Source: Candidatus Eiseniibacteriota bacterium (GTDB lineage: Bacteria > Eisenbacteria > RBG-16-71-46 > CAZEPH01). From it: a DNA stretch of 20,232 bases. Below, one piece after another: positions 20,092 to 20,232 of the stretch. The notes beneath the pieces are model-generated. The model was not told where the DNA came from. It saw only the letters and a list, made by a program, of their open reading frames with translations, and did not search any database. The stretch covers positions 1 to 20,232 of the forward strand of contig JBGATO010000065.1 in assembly GCA_044229145.1 (NCBI GenBank), written 5' to 3'. Each line of letters starts with the position of its first letter. Positions within the stretch are counted from its first letter, which is position 1. The translations under genes and the position numbers were made by a program.

Positions 20092-20232
20092 CTACACGCA
20101 GGCGTGGTTGAAGTGCGACGCGAAGAAGCCGAGGTCCGACAGGTCGACCTTGTTGTCGCAGTTGAAGTCGAAGCAAGCGTTGTAGCCGGCGTTGCCGAGC
20201 AGCTTGTTGAACGTGTCGGCGAGGAAGCCGAG
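20092..20232 (-). CDS. C-terminus of a dockerin-like (paired Ca-binding loop-helix) protein; partial
   Basis: Not in the ORF track. Hand translation: ...LGFLADTFNKLLGNAGYNACFDFNCDNKVDLSDLGFFASHFNHACV*, with TAG at 20094-20092. DFNCDNKVDLSD fits DxNxDxxVxxxD, and the helix is duplicated (LGFLADTFN / LGFFASHFN). Confidence 0.8.
   Translation of the reverse strand, partial: LGFLADTFNKLLGNAGYNACFDFNCDNKVDLSDLGFFASHFNHACV

Noticed and set aside
19880..20185. ORF-track calls 19880-20176 (-) and 19994-20185 (+)
   Set aside because: The real coding frame is the dockerin-like one ending at 20092; these are alternative-frame or antisense reads.

Overview
A GC-rich bacterial window with two parts. The left ~8.6 kb is housekeeping, signalling and proteostasis. 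It holds partial hemA coupled to a CcsA/HemX-family membrane protein, a stand-alone PTS IIA, a GAF-GGDEF diguanylate cyclase, clpB, and a secreted HEAT-repeat/cyclophilin fusion that is frameshifted in this sequence. The right ~11.5 kb looks like a cell-surface protein locus. It holds a large PorU/gingipain-like C25 cysteine peptidase (also frameshifted here), a DUF2723/TMEM260-like membrane glycosyltransferase with TPRs, and four paralogous ~200-225 aa secreted Cys-rich proteins. The four have a cohesin-like sequence pattern and all end in the same positionally fixed motif T-[ST]-W-G-x-[IV]-K-x-x-[FY]-x-x-stop. At the right edge is the 3' end of a dockerin-like gene missed by the ORF track. 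Each small paralog has its own RBS and downstream hairpin, and three have a clear sigma70-like promoter. Main hypothesis (inference): a protein sorting and surface-assembly system made of TWGxxK-tagged cohesin-like subunits, a dockerin partner, a PorU-like processing enzyme and a protein glycosyltransferase. The gene content suggests an FCB-related candidate-phylum organism (Eisenbacteria/Krumholzibacteria/Latescibacteria-like); this is a pattern-recognition guess. No rRNA, tRNA, CRISPR or mobile element was seen.
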